Below, one piece after another: positions 38,630 to 49,051 of a DNA stretch of 64,000 nucleotides; within the stretch, counting starts at the first letter, position 1; each line of letters opens with the position of its first letter. A program made the position numbers and the translations under genes. This DNA is from an uncultured Chloroflexia bacterium. GTDB taxonomy: Bacteria; Chloroflexota; Anaerolineae; Anaerolineales; UBA4823. The notes beneath the pieces were generated by a model. That model was not told the origin of the DNA and made no database searches. It was given only the letters and a program-made list of their open reading frames with translations. The DNA lies in contig CAWBUW010000007.1 of NCBI GenBank assembly GCA_963792075.1, positions 974,429 to 1,038,428 on the forward strand, written 5' to 3'.

Positions 38630-39532
38630 ATGGACATGGGGACCGGAAGAATAGGCAATATCGATAACGACACCCGCCGGGTGGACTATGCCCAGCTTGG
38701 CGCAGTAGCCGGGGTGGATACCGGCACACGCGGCGCGTACTACCTGGATGCGTTCGAATCCCGCCGCCAGACCTACATCGGCCTGGCGAGTGAGGCGTCG
38801 CGTACCCTGGGCGCTGCGCTCAATCTCAGGCAGCACCCCGGTTCCACGAGGGTCAAAGCGCAGGCGCTCGACACCGCCAGCTTTGTCCGCGTCGAAGGGG
38901 TGACCTTCTCCACGGGCGCTGCCATCACTGTCACACAGGTGGTCCAGGCCACCTTGCCTGCCGCGGCGCACGTCAGGGCAGTCCTGGCGCCCTCGACTGA
39001 GGCGCAGCCGCTGCCTGGCGTAAGCGGCGCGCCAGCCCTTACCAGTGTGTCGCAAACCATCACTTATACCTACGACCCGCTTTACAGCTTGAAGCGCACC
39101 GATTACAGCGACGGGACGTACTTCAGCTACACCTACGATGCTGCGGGCAACCGTCTGACCGAGCAGACCACCGGCGGGACGAGCAGCGCCTACGTTTACG
39201 ATGCCGCCAACCGGATGCTCAGCGCCGGAGGCATCGTCTATACCTGGGACGACAACGGCAATCTGCTCTCGGATGGGGGGCGCACCTATACCTATAACCA
39301 CGCCAACCGGCTGGTGGGGGTCAATTCTCCTACACTGGTTTCCAGCATGGCGTATAATGGTCAAGGAGACCGTCTGCAGCAGACGGTGAACGGCGTGACC
39401 ACGACCTACATGTGGCCTGGTTATGGCAAGGATTCTGTTGGGGACATGGTGATATTGACCAGAGCGCAAGAAGATTACCACTGCGGTACGAGCCATGAGA
39501 AATACCCGTGTGGAAATACAACGACTCCGTAA
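38630..39532 (+). pseudogene. internal Rhs/YD-repeat gene fragment with a unique 40-aa tail
   Basis: 38656-39410 is near-identical to 49318-50075 of the 738-aa rhs gene. It lacks the 5' part and the Rhs core/C-terminal tip. YD repeats are present (YTYDPLYSLKRTDYSDGTYFSYTYDAAGNRL...). Confidence 0.75.
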
Positions 39533-39549
39533 TCCAGGAGGATAATCAC

Positions 39550-40877
39550 ATGAAACCCATCTCTCGCGTTGTGATCGTTATCCTGCTGAGCAACCTGTTC
39601 TTTGGCTGTCAATCGCCCACACTAGAGACGCCAATTAACACCCCTTCCGCCGTAACGCCATCGCCCTCGCCGCCCTCGACCGTTACTACCACCGCAACAC
39701 CCACTCCATCAGTGTCGCCGACCGTGACGCTCCAACCGACCTTTACGCCAGCGCCCAATACATCTACCCCCACGCCCATTTCACTCCCTCTGCACACCTT
39801 CGAGCAGCGTTGTGTGATGATGGAAAGCTCTCTTCCGCCAGGTTTCCTTGCGGAAGGGACGATCATCCTAGATTGGGAATACAAATGGGGAAGCTTCGCG
39901 CTCATGGCGCTAACCGCTGAAGATGAGCAGCCGCGTCCACTTCCTGACCTTCCTGAGATTGGCAGCGGTGGAAAAGTATCCCCTGGTGAAAAATGGCTTG
40001 CTTTTTATGGTGGTACCAATGGCGACCTGATAATCCTCTCGTCCGCCGGAACAATTCATGCGACTAGCGCCAGAAATAACGACTGGGGAAACATGCAGGA
40101 AGGTTGGCTGGACACGGAAAGGATCCTCTTTCAGAGTCTTTCCATGCCAGCCGCGCTTTACATTATCAATCCGTTTACCGAACAGGAGGAGCTCTTTGCA
40201 CCTGAGATAAAGGACCGCTACGAGTACGATCGCGAGTGGTCGGGTTGGTACGTTTGGAAGCTCGTTCCTGACCCAACGCTGACCCGCCTGGCATACGTGC
40301 GTGCCTATTTCGATGGACAAAAAAGGTTAGCTCCTCCTGCTCTGGTACTGGTCAATTTAGAGAATGGACAGACTCTTTGGGAGTTGAGACGCTTTTCCCC
40401 AGGTGACCGTCACATGCCTGCTTGGTCCCTGGATGGAAGCCAAATGGCCGTCATTTCTGATGACTATCAGTACTTGGAAAACGCTTATCATTGGGAGGTG
40501 TTTACAGTAAGCCGGGGTGGACAGGGTATTCACTGGCTTGATGTCGAAGTGGGATCGGATGCAAAGCCTTTCCCCACATTAGGAGAGAACCTTGCGTGGT
40601 CTCCTGACGGGCGATACATAGCCTTTTTTGGCAATAGTTTATATATCCTGGATACAGAGATGCGCCGAGTATTTGACCTTTGTATTCCCTATGCAACACA
40701 AACGGAGAAACTCATCTATCCTGAGAACACGATTACATGGTCGCAAGATAGCACACAATTCTCTTTCAGCGCGGCGATGCTCCTGCGCTGGTCATCGACC
40801 TCGAGAGCAACCGGGCTGCTCCACTGGTCGAAGATTTCAATATCCGCCCGATTGGTTGGCTGCGCGTAGAACCATGA
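39550..40877 (+). pseudogene. P-family PD40 propeller lipoprotein (P1), -1 frameshift near 40771-40777
   Basis: AGGAGG + ATG at 39550, lipobox FFGCQ and PT linker. The C-terminus DAPALVIDLESNRAAPLVEDFNIRPIGWLRVEP is only readable after a shift. Its TGA overlaps the ATG of the next cassette. Confidence 0.7.
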
Positions 40878-41209
40878 GTAAGGATGATTACATTAAGTTG
40901 CAGTATCTACGTTCCCGGTGGTATTCAATGGAAATTGGAAGGTTCCTCTCGAAAGATACCTGGGCGGGAGATCCGATGCAGCCCTTGTCATATAATGCCT
41001 GGTTGTATTCTTTCGCGAATCCGATAAATTATACCGATCCTATGGAGCTTTCCACTATAAACACTTGCGATTTGTTACAACCAGATGATCGCGAAGCCTG
41101 TCTTATTATACTGACGCCTACACAGAGAGATGATTTGTGCGGCGATCATAACTGCTTTAATCCTGACCTGCCCGAACCTGTATGGCTGAATAAAACCCAG
41201 GAGCCTTAG
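40874..41209 (+). CDS. orphan Rhs C-terminal cassette O1 (core-end motif plus a short Cys-rich tip)
   Basis: YIKLQYLRSRWYSMEIGRFLSKD...NAWLYSFANPINYTDP. The 60-nt block 40888-40947 matches 50335-50394 with 2 mismatches. Confidence 0.7.
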   Translation: MSKDDYIKLQYLRSRWYSMEIGRFLSKDTWAGDPMQPLSYNAWLYSFANPINYTDPMELSTINTCDLLQPDDREACLIILTPTQRDDLCGDHNCFNPDLPEPVWLNKTQEP

Positions 41210-41210
41210 T

Positions 41211-42448
41211 ATGCAAAAGATGTTTAAAATCTACCTGGTATTCTTCAGCGCTTTACTGGGTGGCTGCCAGCAAGGGCCGGCAGCCACTTCTATCACGCCA
41301 GGTTCCCCTTCACAAGCAACAGCGCTGCCAACCTATGCAACCCCAACCTTCGAGGCAAAAGAACCTGCGACGAGTACCGCGACAGCAACGCATACGTTTA
41401 CACCGAAGATCACACCAGTCCCAATTCCTGGTTACCAGGAAAATTGCCTGGCCATTGAAGAAAAAGTTGCTCTTGGCTTTCTATCAGGGGATGCGCTGAT
41501 CATGATCAGTAGTCAAGTTGATGGAGTATTCGCCCTAACCTCTGCAGAAAATGACATCCATCTGTTGAGTGATATCATGAACCATAGTCTTCCAATCGTG
41601 TCACCGAATGGAAAACTGGCTAGGCTACGAAGTAGAGGCCCGGATGGCAAGCGTTTCCTGGAAGTCAGGTCATTCGGCGGTCAACGGCAATGAACCGTCT
41701 CTTATCGAGAAAATTGGTATATGCTGTCTTATTGGTTGGATAATGATCGAGTCGTTATCCTGCGAAGCGGCAACGGAGTAATCGTTGTCAATCCCTTCAC
41801 AGCAGAGATCACCGAGCTAGATTTTTCTTCTCCAAAGTTCTCCGCCAGTCAACCTGTAACAAACTTCTTCCTGGATCCATCCCTCGATCGGGTGGTTTTT
41901 TATCGGAATATACTGACAGAGTTTGCCAGCCTTATGCTGTGGGATGTGCAGGCGAAACGAGAGTTGTGGAGGGCGGAGATCGGTGATCAATTATGGTACC
42001 TTCAACCGCAGTGGTCGCCGGATGGGACACAATTCGTGGTCGGCATTCCGCCGGCGCTGTATGACCCTGTTTTCGAGCTGTTTGTCCTGGATCGCGAAGG
42101 CAAAAGGACGCTATTGACTCATTGGAAAAATGACAACCGTCGAGGAAAGGAACGATCATTGAATCACGATGGGCTCAAGCCGGACGGTATATCGCTTTTT
42201 GGTTAACAAATTCTTTGGCTGTTTTCGATATGATGACAGGAATGGTGAGAGACTATTGCCTTCCGTCGAACAGTTCCATGAACGCCGAAATCTATTGGTC
42301 CCCTGACAGCGAGCAAGTTGTATTTTCCCAAAGAATTCGACCCTATTATGGCCTCCTACGAGTGATTATGATAGACATCCAGAAAACTCTGGCCATTGAG
42401 GTAGCAAGGAACCAGCCGGATTGGGCTGGATGACAGGAGAGCCTTAGC
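41211..42448 (+). pseudogene. P-family propeller lipoprotein (P2), with an in-frame TGA and at least two frameshifts
   Basis: Lipobox LLGGC. In-frame TGA at 41691-41693, frame change between about 42130 and 42185, and another near 42411-42417. Confidence 0.7.
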
Positions 42449-42888
42449 CTGGATAACCAACGCCCGCCGACCTTCACTCCGACCCCTACGCCGCCCATCC
42501 GCCGGATGCTATCATTACCGATATTTTGAGAGCGGTAACAGCTCTGCCTGGTGGGACAGCCAGACCGGCGTTGGATCACCCTCATGTGCACGATGTGATC
42601 TAACTCAATAGCGGAAGGGTATTGGGGCAATTGATACGAGACAGTTATAAACGATCAAGCATGGAGTAAAATATGCCGACCTGGCAAACTGTATAACCGC
42701 CAATGGAAGATTTCTACCGATAATCGGAATCATGTTGTGTCGTTTACGAGTAGCTGTTCGCTGGGAGGGGGCGCACAACAGGTGCAGCCAGGGCCTACCT
42801 ACTTATCGTCAATTGCTTTATCTTTACTTTCCGCTAACTGAGTTATTTGGGATGCAAGAATTATTTCCTATTCATCGAGAGGTAATTT

Positions 42889-43047
42889 ATGATGAAAAAA
42901 TTTATACCATTAATTTTGTTGGTAATATTCTTTTGTGTAAGTTTAGCAATAAAACAAGATCTCCTAACGAATGCATTCCAAGTCCGAGATAATGAGCTGC
43001 CTTGCATCAGAAAATGGCTTCCGATAATTAGCGACCGGAAGATGTGA
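42889..43047 (+). CDS. possible 52-aa signal-peptide-bearing small protein
   Basis: GAGAGG + ATGATG; MMKKFIPLILLVIFFCVSLA.... Lies in an 870-bp AT-rich gap. Not in the supplied ORF track because it is under 60 aa. Confidence 0.2.
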   Translation: MMKKFIPLILLVIFFCVSLAIKQDLLTNAFQVRDNELPCIRKWLPIISDRKM

Positions 43048-43303
43048 TTTTGATAAAACCGCTCGTTTTATTGCATTGGGTTAACTCAACTTTTGATACA
43101 AAATTATCCAGGGCTTCGACCATCAAAATATTTGTTTTACGATTATTCGGTATTGGGGAAATGATTGCTACCATTCGATCATTAATAATTCAATGTACGA
43201 TACTGATTAAATAACTATTGCCTTCGTCACTACCCCAGAACAGCAACGTAACTTATGCGGAAACGCATCATGTGTTACAGGAAAGTAGAAATATGGCAAA
43301 ACA

Positions 43304-44584
43304 ATGTTCTCAATTCTTATCTTGTTTTGTCTGCTGGTAAGCTGTGGGATACGTACTCCAAATTCTCAGCCCACCATGACTATTAATTCGTCTATTGCTG
43401 TAACTCCCACGTCAACAACATTGGCTACGATTTCTTCTACACTGATGTCCACCGCAAAGCCCCCAACACCCACAGTGATGGAAGCGCCAACCATTACACC
43501 CCCTCTCACAATGAGTGCAGTGACACAAATATGTCTGGAGATTACTGGAAAAGAAACAGACCTGGATGCTGTTTCAGATTTGGGTAAGGTAGTTATATTA
43601 GACAACCTCAATGATCGCCGCATCTATCACATCCTAGATCTTTACACGGATGAAAGTTTTGATTTACCTCTCTCCAATCCGGATGATCCTTTCTATACTG
43701 GAATGACTGTCTCCCCAGATGGTTCCACGCTAGTATATCGTGAAGGGCGTCATGATAAAGCAGTGTGGGTAGTGACAGCAGAAGGAAAAGTGTTGGGCAA
43801 ATATCCTCCCTTCGAAATGGGACTAGTAGGAGAAAGGTGGATAGACAACGAACGCATGGAGTTGGATTGGAATGGATCCTCCTATCCGCCTGATATAGAG
43901 CAAGGCGGGGTTGTTATCTTTGACCCTTTCACAGGTCAGAGGCAATATCTTGCTCCAACATTTCCAGATGTATATGACACTTCACCACCAGCTTATTGGA
44001 CGGCACAATACAGTTCAGATTTAGAATGGGCTGTTTATGTTCAATGGTGGCCCGAGCAGGGCCCTGGGATCGGTGTATGGGATGTCGCGGCGCAAAGGAT
44101 AATCTGGCAACAACAAGAATCTATTGTGACTTCTTGGCGGAGTCCTCCAGTGTGGGTGTCTTCAGGTGAATGGGTTGCGCTTTTGGTAGATGGCGTGCTC
44201 TATCGCATTAATCGCACGGGAGATGTCATGCTTCTTCCTGAACTAAGCAGCTCATCTTGGGGTTTTATCAATTCCTTTAGTGGGTCCCCTGATGGACATT
44301 ATTTAGCCTTCTGGGTCACCATCGTCGAAGGGTTCAAGGAAACCAAGCTCTTTATCCTTGATACGGAAACAAACCAGCTTTTTGATTATTGCATTAATAA
44401 TGATTTTCTATCTGGGCGTATTATATGGTCGTTCAATGGCCAGCAGTTCATAATTCAGGGATCAAAGCAGAATAATAACGGCCAATTGCATAACCAGGTA
44501 ATTTTAGTAGATCGGGTACAGCAGAAGGCATATCTTCTTTCCCCAGATCAGGTGCCGCTAGCTTGGTTGAGATCTAGGCCATGA
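43304..44584 (+). CDS. P-family PD40 propeller lipoprotein (P3), intact
   Basis: Lipobox LLVSC, T/P-rich linker and blades (VSPDGSTLVY, GSPDGHYLAFW). AT-rich. Confidence 0.75.
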   Translation: MFSILILFCLLVSCGIRTPNSQPTMTINSSIAVTPTSTTLATISSTLMSTAKPPTPTVMEAPTITPPLTMSAVTQICLEITGKETDLDAVSDLGKVVILDNLNDRRIYHILDLYTDESFDLPLSNPDDPFYTGMTVSPDGSTLVYREGRHDKAVWVVTAEGKVLGKYPPFEMGLVGERWIDNERMELDWNGSSYPPDIEQGGVVIFDPFTGQRQYLAPTFPDVYDTSPPAYWTAQYSSDLEWAVYVQWWPEQGPGIGVWDVAAQRIIWQQQESIVTSWRSPPVWVSSGEWVALLVDGVLYRINRTGDVMLLPELSSSSWGFINSFSGSPDGHYLAFWVTIVEGFKETKLFILDTETNQLFDYCINNDFLSGRIIWSFNGQQFIIQGSKQNNNGQLHNQVILVDRVQQKAYLLSPDQVPLAWLRSRP

Positions 44585-44776
44585 AATAAAATGCAATACC
44601 ATGAGTTGGGTATAAGATTTGCCCAAAGCGGAAATCGCGATATCAATGGAGAGCCTGAAAGTTTCTGGGATATTTGTCAAAAGCGGTTTGTTGAGATGCC
44701 AGATTTTGTACTGTTAGGAAATATATGCCTGTATGGCTCGAAATAGCTGCTGGTAACCCACTGCCGGAGGATCGAA

Positions 44777-45795
44777 ATGATGCATGGCGTTAATCCTAAG
44801 TTTGTTTTGTGCCTGGTTTTCCTCAGCCTTTTGGCCCAGGTTGGCTGTAGTAATATAGCCTCTCCTAAAACGAGCACAGCGGTATCTCCTGTCTTGCCCA
44901 CTCGCGTTTTAGAGGCATCTACGATCACGCCATCTTTAGGAATCCAACCAACTCAAATGCTTCTACTGACAGAAACACCGACGCTAACGCCAACTGTAAC
45001 TCCATCGCCAACCGTTACACCTTCACCCACCGTTCAAACCACGCCCACCTTGGAAGCGGAGGAAAGTTATACATACGTCATGAATTTGTTCAAGACGAAC
45101 GGCGGTTGTACCCTTCCCTGCATCATTGGGATAACACCCGGTAAAACCAGTTGGGGCGAGGTGCAGGCTAAGTTCGCTTTCTTAGGAAAAGAGCCTCCAA
45201 AACCATGGATCATTGATCATTATGGATTGAAATATTACCGTTATCAATACCTCCAAGAAGGACAACCTACTTTGGCAGGATTCTCTTTTATGTTAAGGAT
45301 GATGAAGTCACTATTATGGGTATGGGAATCCACATGATCACCGATCCTGGTATCGAAAAACAGTACGCAATAAAGACGATTTTGTCGACGCTCGGGAAGC
45401 CGAAAGAGGTATTCCTTACCCTGACCGGTTTGGGAGCGCTGGGTCCGGAAGAAATTAATCCTTACGACATCAAATTATATTATGATGATGAACGAACTTG
45501 GATGATTGTTTCTTATGAAGGGATCGCACTGATGACAGGCAATGTGCTAAGATTCTGCACAACGGATCTTCGTCAAGGAATAGAGGGAAGAGTCGAGAAC
45601 GATGTTGGCTTAACCATCCAACCTGGTCAAAATCATTATATGCCTGAAGATCTTGCTCAAATCGAGGGTGGTGGCGGTCCGATTTTATCTGGCAAGTCAT
45701 TCGAAGAAGCAACGGGTGAAGATGTAGCAAGCTTTTTTGAAAAAGCAACCGGACCAGGTGAGGCTTGTTTCACCACACTAAAGGGGATTTGGTAG
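44777..45795 (+). pseudogene. N-family lipoprotein (N2), -1 frameshift at the T4 run 45286-45289
   Basis: Lipobox AQVGC, TPTVTPSPTV linker and TNGGCTLPCIIGITPGKTSWGE. The second half reads on as FYVKDDEVTIMGMGIH... in the -1 frame. Confidence 0.7.
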
Positions 45796-45919
45796 TAAAG
45801 CGGTTCTTCTCGTGGCATCTATGGTATGGTATTAATCAAACCCACTTATTACTACTACTATCATAGGGGAGATCATTTGCCTTACTAACTTTGATGACAT
45901 CGAATGGAGCGCCTGCGCT

Positions 45920-47302
45920 ATGAAGAGAAAATTTTTGTTCCTGCTTAGTGCAATATTGATGATCTTGCCTGGCTGCCAGGCTGGCGAGGGCGTAGGAACC
46001 CAAATCCTGAATATCACACCATCTGGCTTCGCGACAGATACGGCGCCCCGCCTGGCGACCCTGACGCCTCGGCCGCTAACGTTGGCGCCGGCTTTCACCC
46101 CGATGCTGCCCACAGACTGGCCTTCCCCTTTCGCTGTAACCGAGTCTCCAACATATCCAAGCGCTCCGGCAACTCTTACTTCCCGGCTCGCGGCGACTTT
46201 AACCGCAACCCCCTCTGCAAGTTTTCCTCCACCAGGTGAATATACTATTTACTACTTCGAATCGAATGATACACCAGACCATTACCTGGAGTTCGCATCG
46301 CTGGATGGGGAAATCCGAGGGCGACTCCTGTCGTTACCTCCGGCGCGGGTTTATCTTTCTCCATATCGTGCAGAGGTGACAATCGCCCCGCTCGATAGCA
46401 CACAATTGCCTTATCGGCTTGACCTTCAAACCGGCGTTACCACACCCATTCCATCCGCAGATCAATCCTGTGATGATTTCAGTTGGTCACCAGACGGGAA
46501 GCAGGCGATTGCGACTTGTGCCGACCCAGATACAGAAGGCGGCCAGACGCTTTACCTGCTATCGCTTCAAGATGAGCAGCGCACTCGATTGATAAATTGT
46601 GAAACCGATCTGTGTGGGTTAACAGCATGGTCGCCAGACGGCCTGTGGATTGCGTATTTGAGAAAAACACTTGCTTCGGGAGTGTATTCGACCGATGGAC
46701 TTTATCTATTTGCAGCCCGGTGCCTCAATACGCCAGGCACTTGTGACGCAACCGTCAATGGACCTTATGCTACGCGCCTGCCATTGTTCTGGTCTCCGGA
46801 CAGCCGGTACCTGGCGAGCGCATGGCATAACAAGACGATACGGGTCTTTGAGACCGGCGAACGCGGCCTGCAATTTTCTTATGAGATTATGGCAGGATGG
46901 TCTATCTGGGCGTTGGCCTGGCTGCCTGATAGTGAATGGATTGTGTTTGATATGGGGAACGGTATTTATAAGGTGCCTGCACAAGGCGGGGAACCAATTT
47001 TTCTAAATAGGGGGCCTAATGAAGATGTCATTGGGTGGCTGTGCGTACCCTGGCCGGCCCAGCCCGGCGCGATTTTCACTGTCACCCCCGCCGGCGACAA
47101 TCTCAACCTGCGTGACGCGCCTGCGCTGGCCGGAACAATCCTGCAAAAGCTCCAGCCGGGCGATACGGTGACGATCCTCTCCAGCCCGGTGCAGGCAGAT
47201 GGCTACACCTGGTGGCAGATGCAGGCAGAAGATGGTACGGCAGGTTGGGCAGTAAATATCCCAGAGTGGTATGAACCTGTCGAACAGGAAAAACCAGGTT
47301 AG
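45920..47302 (+). CDS. PD40 propeller lipoprotein with C-terminal bacterial SH3 domain (P4)
   Basis: Lipobox ILPGC; FSWSPDGKQAIA, AWSPDGLWIAY and FWSPDSRYLAS blades. C-terminus: LNLRDAPALAGTILQKLQPGDTVTIL...DGYTWWQMQAEDGTAGWAVNIPEWY. Confidence 0.8.
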   Translation: MKRKFLFLLSAILMILPGCQAGEGVGTQILNITPSGFATDTAPRLATLTPRPLTLAPAFTPMLPTDWPSPFAVTESPTYPSAPATLTSRLAATLTATPSASFPPPGEYTIYYFESNDTPDHYLEFASLDGEIRGRLLSLPPARVYLSPYRAEVTIAPLDSTQLPYRLDLQTGVTTPIPSADQSCDDFSWSPDGKQAIATCADPDTEGGQTLYLLSLQDEQRTRLINCETDLCGLTAWSPDGLWIAYLRKTLASGVYSTDGLYLFAARCLNTPGTCDATVNGPYATRLPLFWSPDSRYLASAWHNKTIRVFETGERGLQFSYEIMAGWSIWALAWLPDSEWIVFDMGNGIYKVPAQGGEPIFLNRGPNEDVIGWLCVPWPAQPGAIFTVTPAGDNLNLRDAPALAGTILQKLQPGDTVTILSSPVQADGYTWWQMQAEDGTAGWAVNIPEWYEPVEQEKPG

Positions 47303-47356
47303 TGATAGCCAACAAGAAAGCAATACCCTTATGTGGGCATCCTCATTGTTCTAATG

Positions 47357-47425
47357 AATTTTGTTTGGTAGTGTGTGTGGCGGCATAGCCGCCACACACA
47401 CTACCAAACAAAATTTTCGGATAAG
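47357..47425. repeat. palindromic repeat element, copy 2 (perfect 28-bp arms)
   Basis: aattttgtttggtagtgtgtgtggcggc-ata-gccgccacacacactaccaaacaaaatt, followed by ttcggataag. Confidence 0.8.
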
Positions 47426-47462
47426 TTTTTATTAATCCCGGCAGAATCTTTTGGAGAAACCT

Positions 47463-48782
47463 ATGTTACGGCATCCTAAATTCATTCTCATCATCTTGGC
47501 AGCAGTTGTTCTTCTGGAAGGCTGTTCGTCCCCCACAATCGTGCCAGCCCCACCTATCGAGAGCACGACACCCACCGCGCTGGTGGCAACGCCTACCAGT
47601 ATACCGACTGAGCCGCCGGCGACTCTCACGCCTACCCAGCCGGCGCCAACGCTCACCCCATCGCCGGCTGAGCCTGCGACAACAAGTACAGTTGTCCTGC
47701 CCCCTGAAAATATCTTGAGATACCAGCCATTCGACATTGCTCCCGATCTACCAGCAGACGTAAAGCCATCCGGCGCATTGCTGGTCTGGGGCGAGCAGCC
47801 ACAACTTCTGCACTTCAATCCACGAGCGTGGTTGGAAGACTTGCCAGGTATTGATACGGGCTGCCTTTCGATCTCTCCGGATGGGCAATGGATTGCTTAC
47901 TGCCCGTTGTCCGATGATTCTCCAACAGGGCAGTGGTTAATTGTCGAGTCGGCCGACCGGCAGCAGAAGAAAAAGGTCCCGATGGATACACGTCTGCGAT
48001 ATTTCGGTGCCCACCTCTGGCTGGACAACCAGCACTTGATCTTTCCCCTGATTCGGGAAGAGTATGAGCTGCGCCCCATGGTGGTCATCAATCCTTTCAC
48101 CGGAGAGCAATTCGAGCTGGCTTCCGATTACCCCGACCTGCGGCCCGACCCGGGGGGCATCACAGGTTCCATGCAATTCGGTATCAGCGATGTAGTATAC
48201 GACCCTACTCTTGACCTGGTAGTATACCCGCAATGGGGACCCCAGGCTTACCTCGTGGTATGGAATCGACAGACGCAAACTGTTGTGGCGAAGGTCGAAG
48301 ACCTGGGTCCTATGGAGCACTATCCTCTCTGGTCATCCGATGGAAAACAACTTGCGCTTGCGGTGACGTATCAGTATGGGGAACAATACGGCGATTTCAT
48401 CGAGGAATGGTTCAGAGTGAGCCGGGAAGGGCAGGTGGAGCGTCTGACCTACTTCGCGGATTATTTCGTGCATGCCAGGGTTGGCGCCGCCAATTGGTCG
48501 CCGGACGGCCAGAAGCTGGCTTTCTGGCTGGAAACCAGCCCAAGTCTGTGTCCAGGCACGCGCCTGGCAGTTCTGGAGGTGGCAACACGGCAGGTGACGA
48601 ACACCTGTGTTCCAACGCCTGAATATTTTGACCCGCCTCCGCTCTGGTCTTCGGACAGCCGCTATATTGCCGTGATCAATGGCGATGACAGTCCATACCA
48701 AACGATCCTCGTAGATTTTGAACAGAGCCAGGCCTTTAATATAACTTATGGTTCACCGATTGGATGGCTGGCGTTACCTTGA
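47463..48782 (+). CDS. P-family PD40 propeller lipoprotein (P5), close paralogue of 14691-15995
   Basis: Lipobox LLEGC. Shares long identical stretches with P0 (SPTGQWLIVESADRQQ, NWSPDGQKLAFWLETS, ATRQVTNTC). Confidence 0.8.
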   Translation: MLRHPKFILIILAAVVLLEGCSSPTIVPAPPIESTTPTALVATPTSIPTEPPATLTPTQPAPTLTPSPAEPATTSTVVLPPENILRYQPFDIAPDLPADVKPSGALLVWGEQPQLLHFNPRAWLEDLPGIDTGCLSISPDGQWIAYCPLSDDSPTGQWLIVESADRQQKKKVPMDTRLRYFGAHLWLDNQHLIFPLIREEYELRPMVVINPFTGEQFELASDYPDLRPDPGGITGSMQFGISDVVYDPTLDLVVYPQWGPQAYLVVWNRQTQTVVAKVEDLGPMEHYPLWSSDGKQLALAVTYQYGEQYGDFIEEWFRVSREGQVERLTYFADYFVHARVGAANWSPDGQKLAFWLETSPSLCPGTRLAVLEVATRQVTNTCVPTPEYFDPPPLWSSDSRYIAVINGDDSPYQTILVDFEQSQAFNITYGSPIGWLALP

Positions 48783-49051
48783 AGCCAGTGGGTGAGTGGT
48801 GAATTTTCCTAATCGTATGAACTTGTTGATAAATGACAAAGGAGTAAGCGAATACAAACGATGGACTGACAAATCTTATGTAATTTCAAGGTATTGTTAA
48901 AAGATGGCGGCAATGGACCTAGCTGCTTGAGACTATGATGCCATAGCAGGTTGTTATCAATGATGATGGCAGTCTTTACATATAGGATGACACACCAGCC
49001 AGCGAAGAACGCTGCCAGGCGCGCTTCCTGTTCGACGTAAATACTCTCCCT

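Noticed and set aside
38582-39496. 304-aa minus-strand ORF over rhs fragment A, with equivalents at 48809-49636 and 49715-50299 over the main rhs gene.
   Set aside because: The plus strand encodes unmistakable YD repeats. The minus-strand ORFs are shadow frames duplicated along with the repeat.
41691-41693. Reading the in-frame TGA in P2 as evidence for UGA recoding (Trp/Gly/Sec).
   Set aside because: TGA is used as an ordinary stop by many well-supported genes in the window (for example at 1412-1414, 21123-21125 and 51266-51268). I saw no SECIS-like context, and the same gene has additional frame breaks.
44940-45050. Short tandem periodicity in the Pro/Thr-linker regions of lipoprotein genes (for example ACNCCN repeats encoding TPTVTPSPTV; also 39650-39790, 47560-47700, 54900-55020), considered as possible CRISPR or VNTR arrays.
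   Set aside because: The periodicity is codon-level repetition inside ORFs that encode PT-rich linkers. There are no repeat-spacer units of CRISPR size and no cas genes.
48786-49051. Possible upstream continuation of the 738-aa rhs gene (in-frame peptide VVINDDGSLYI before a TAG at 48983).
   Set aside because: The frame is interrupted by stops at 48983, 48944 and 48920, and the similarity is too short to distinguish from chance. Only '5'-truncated' is claimed.
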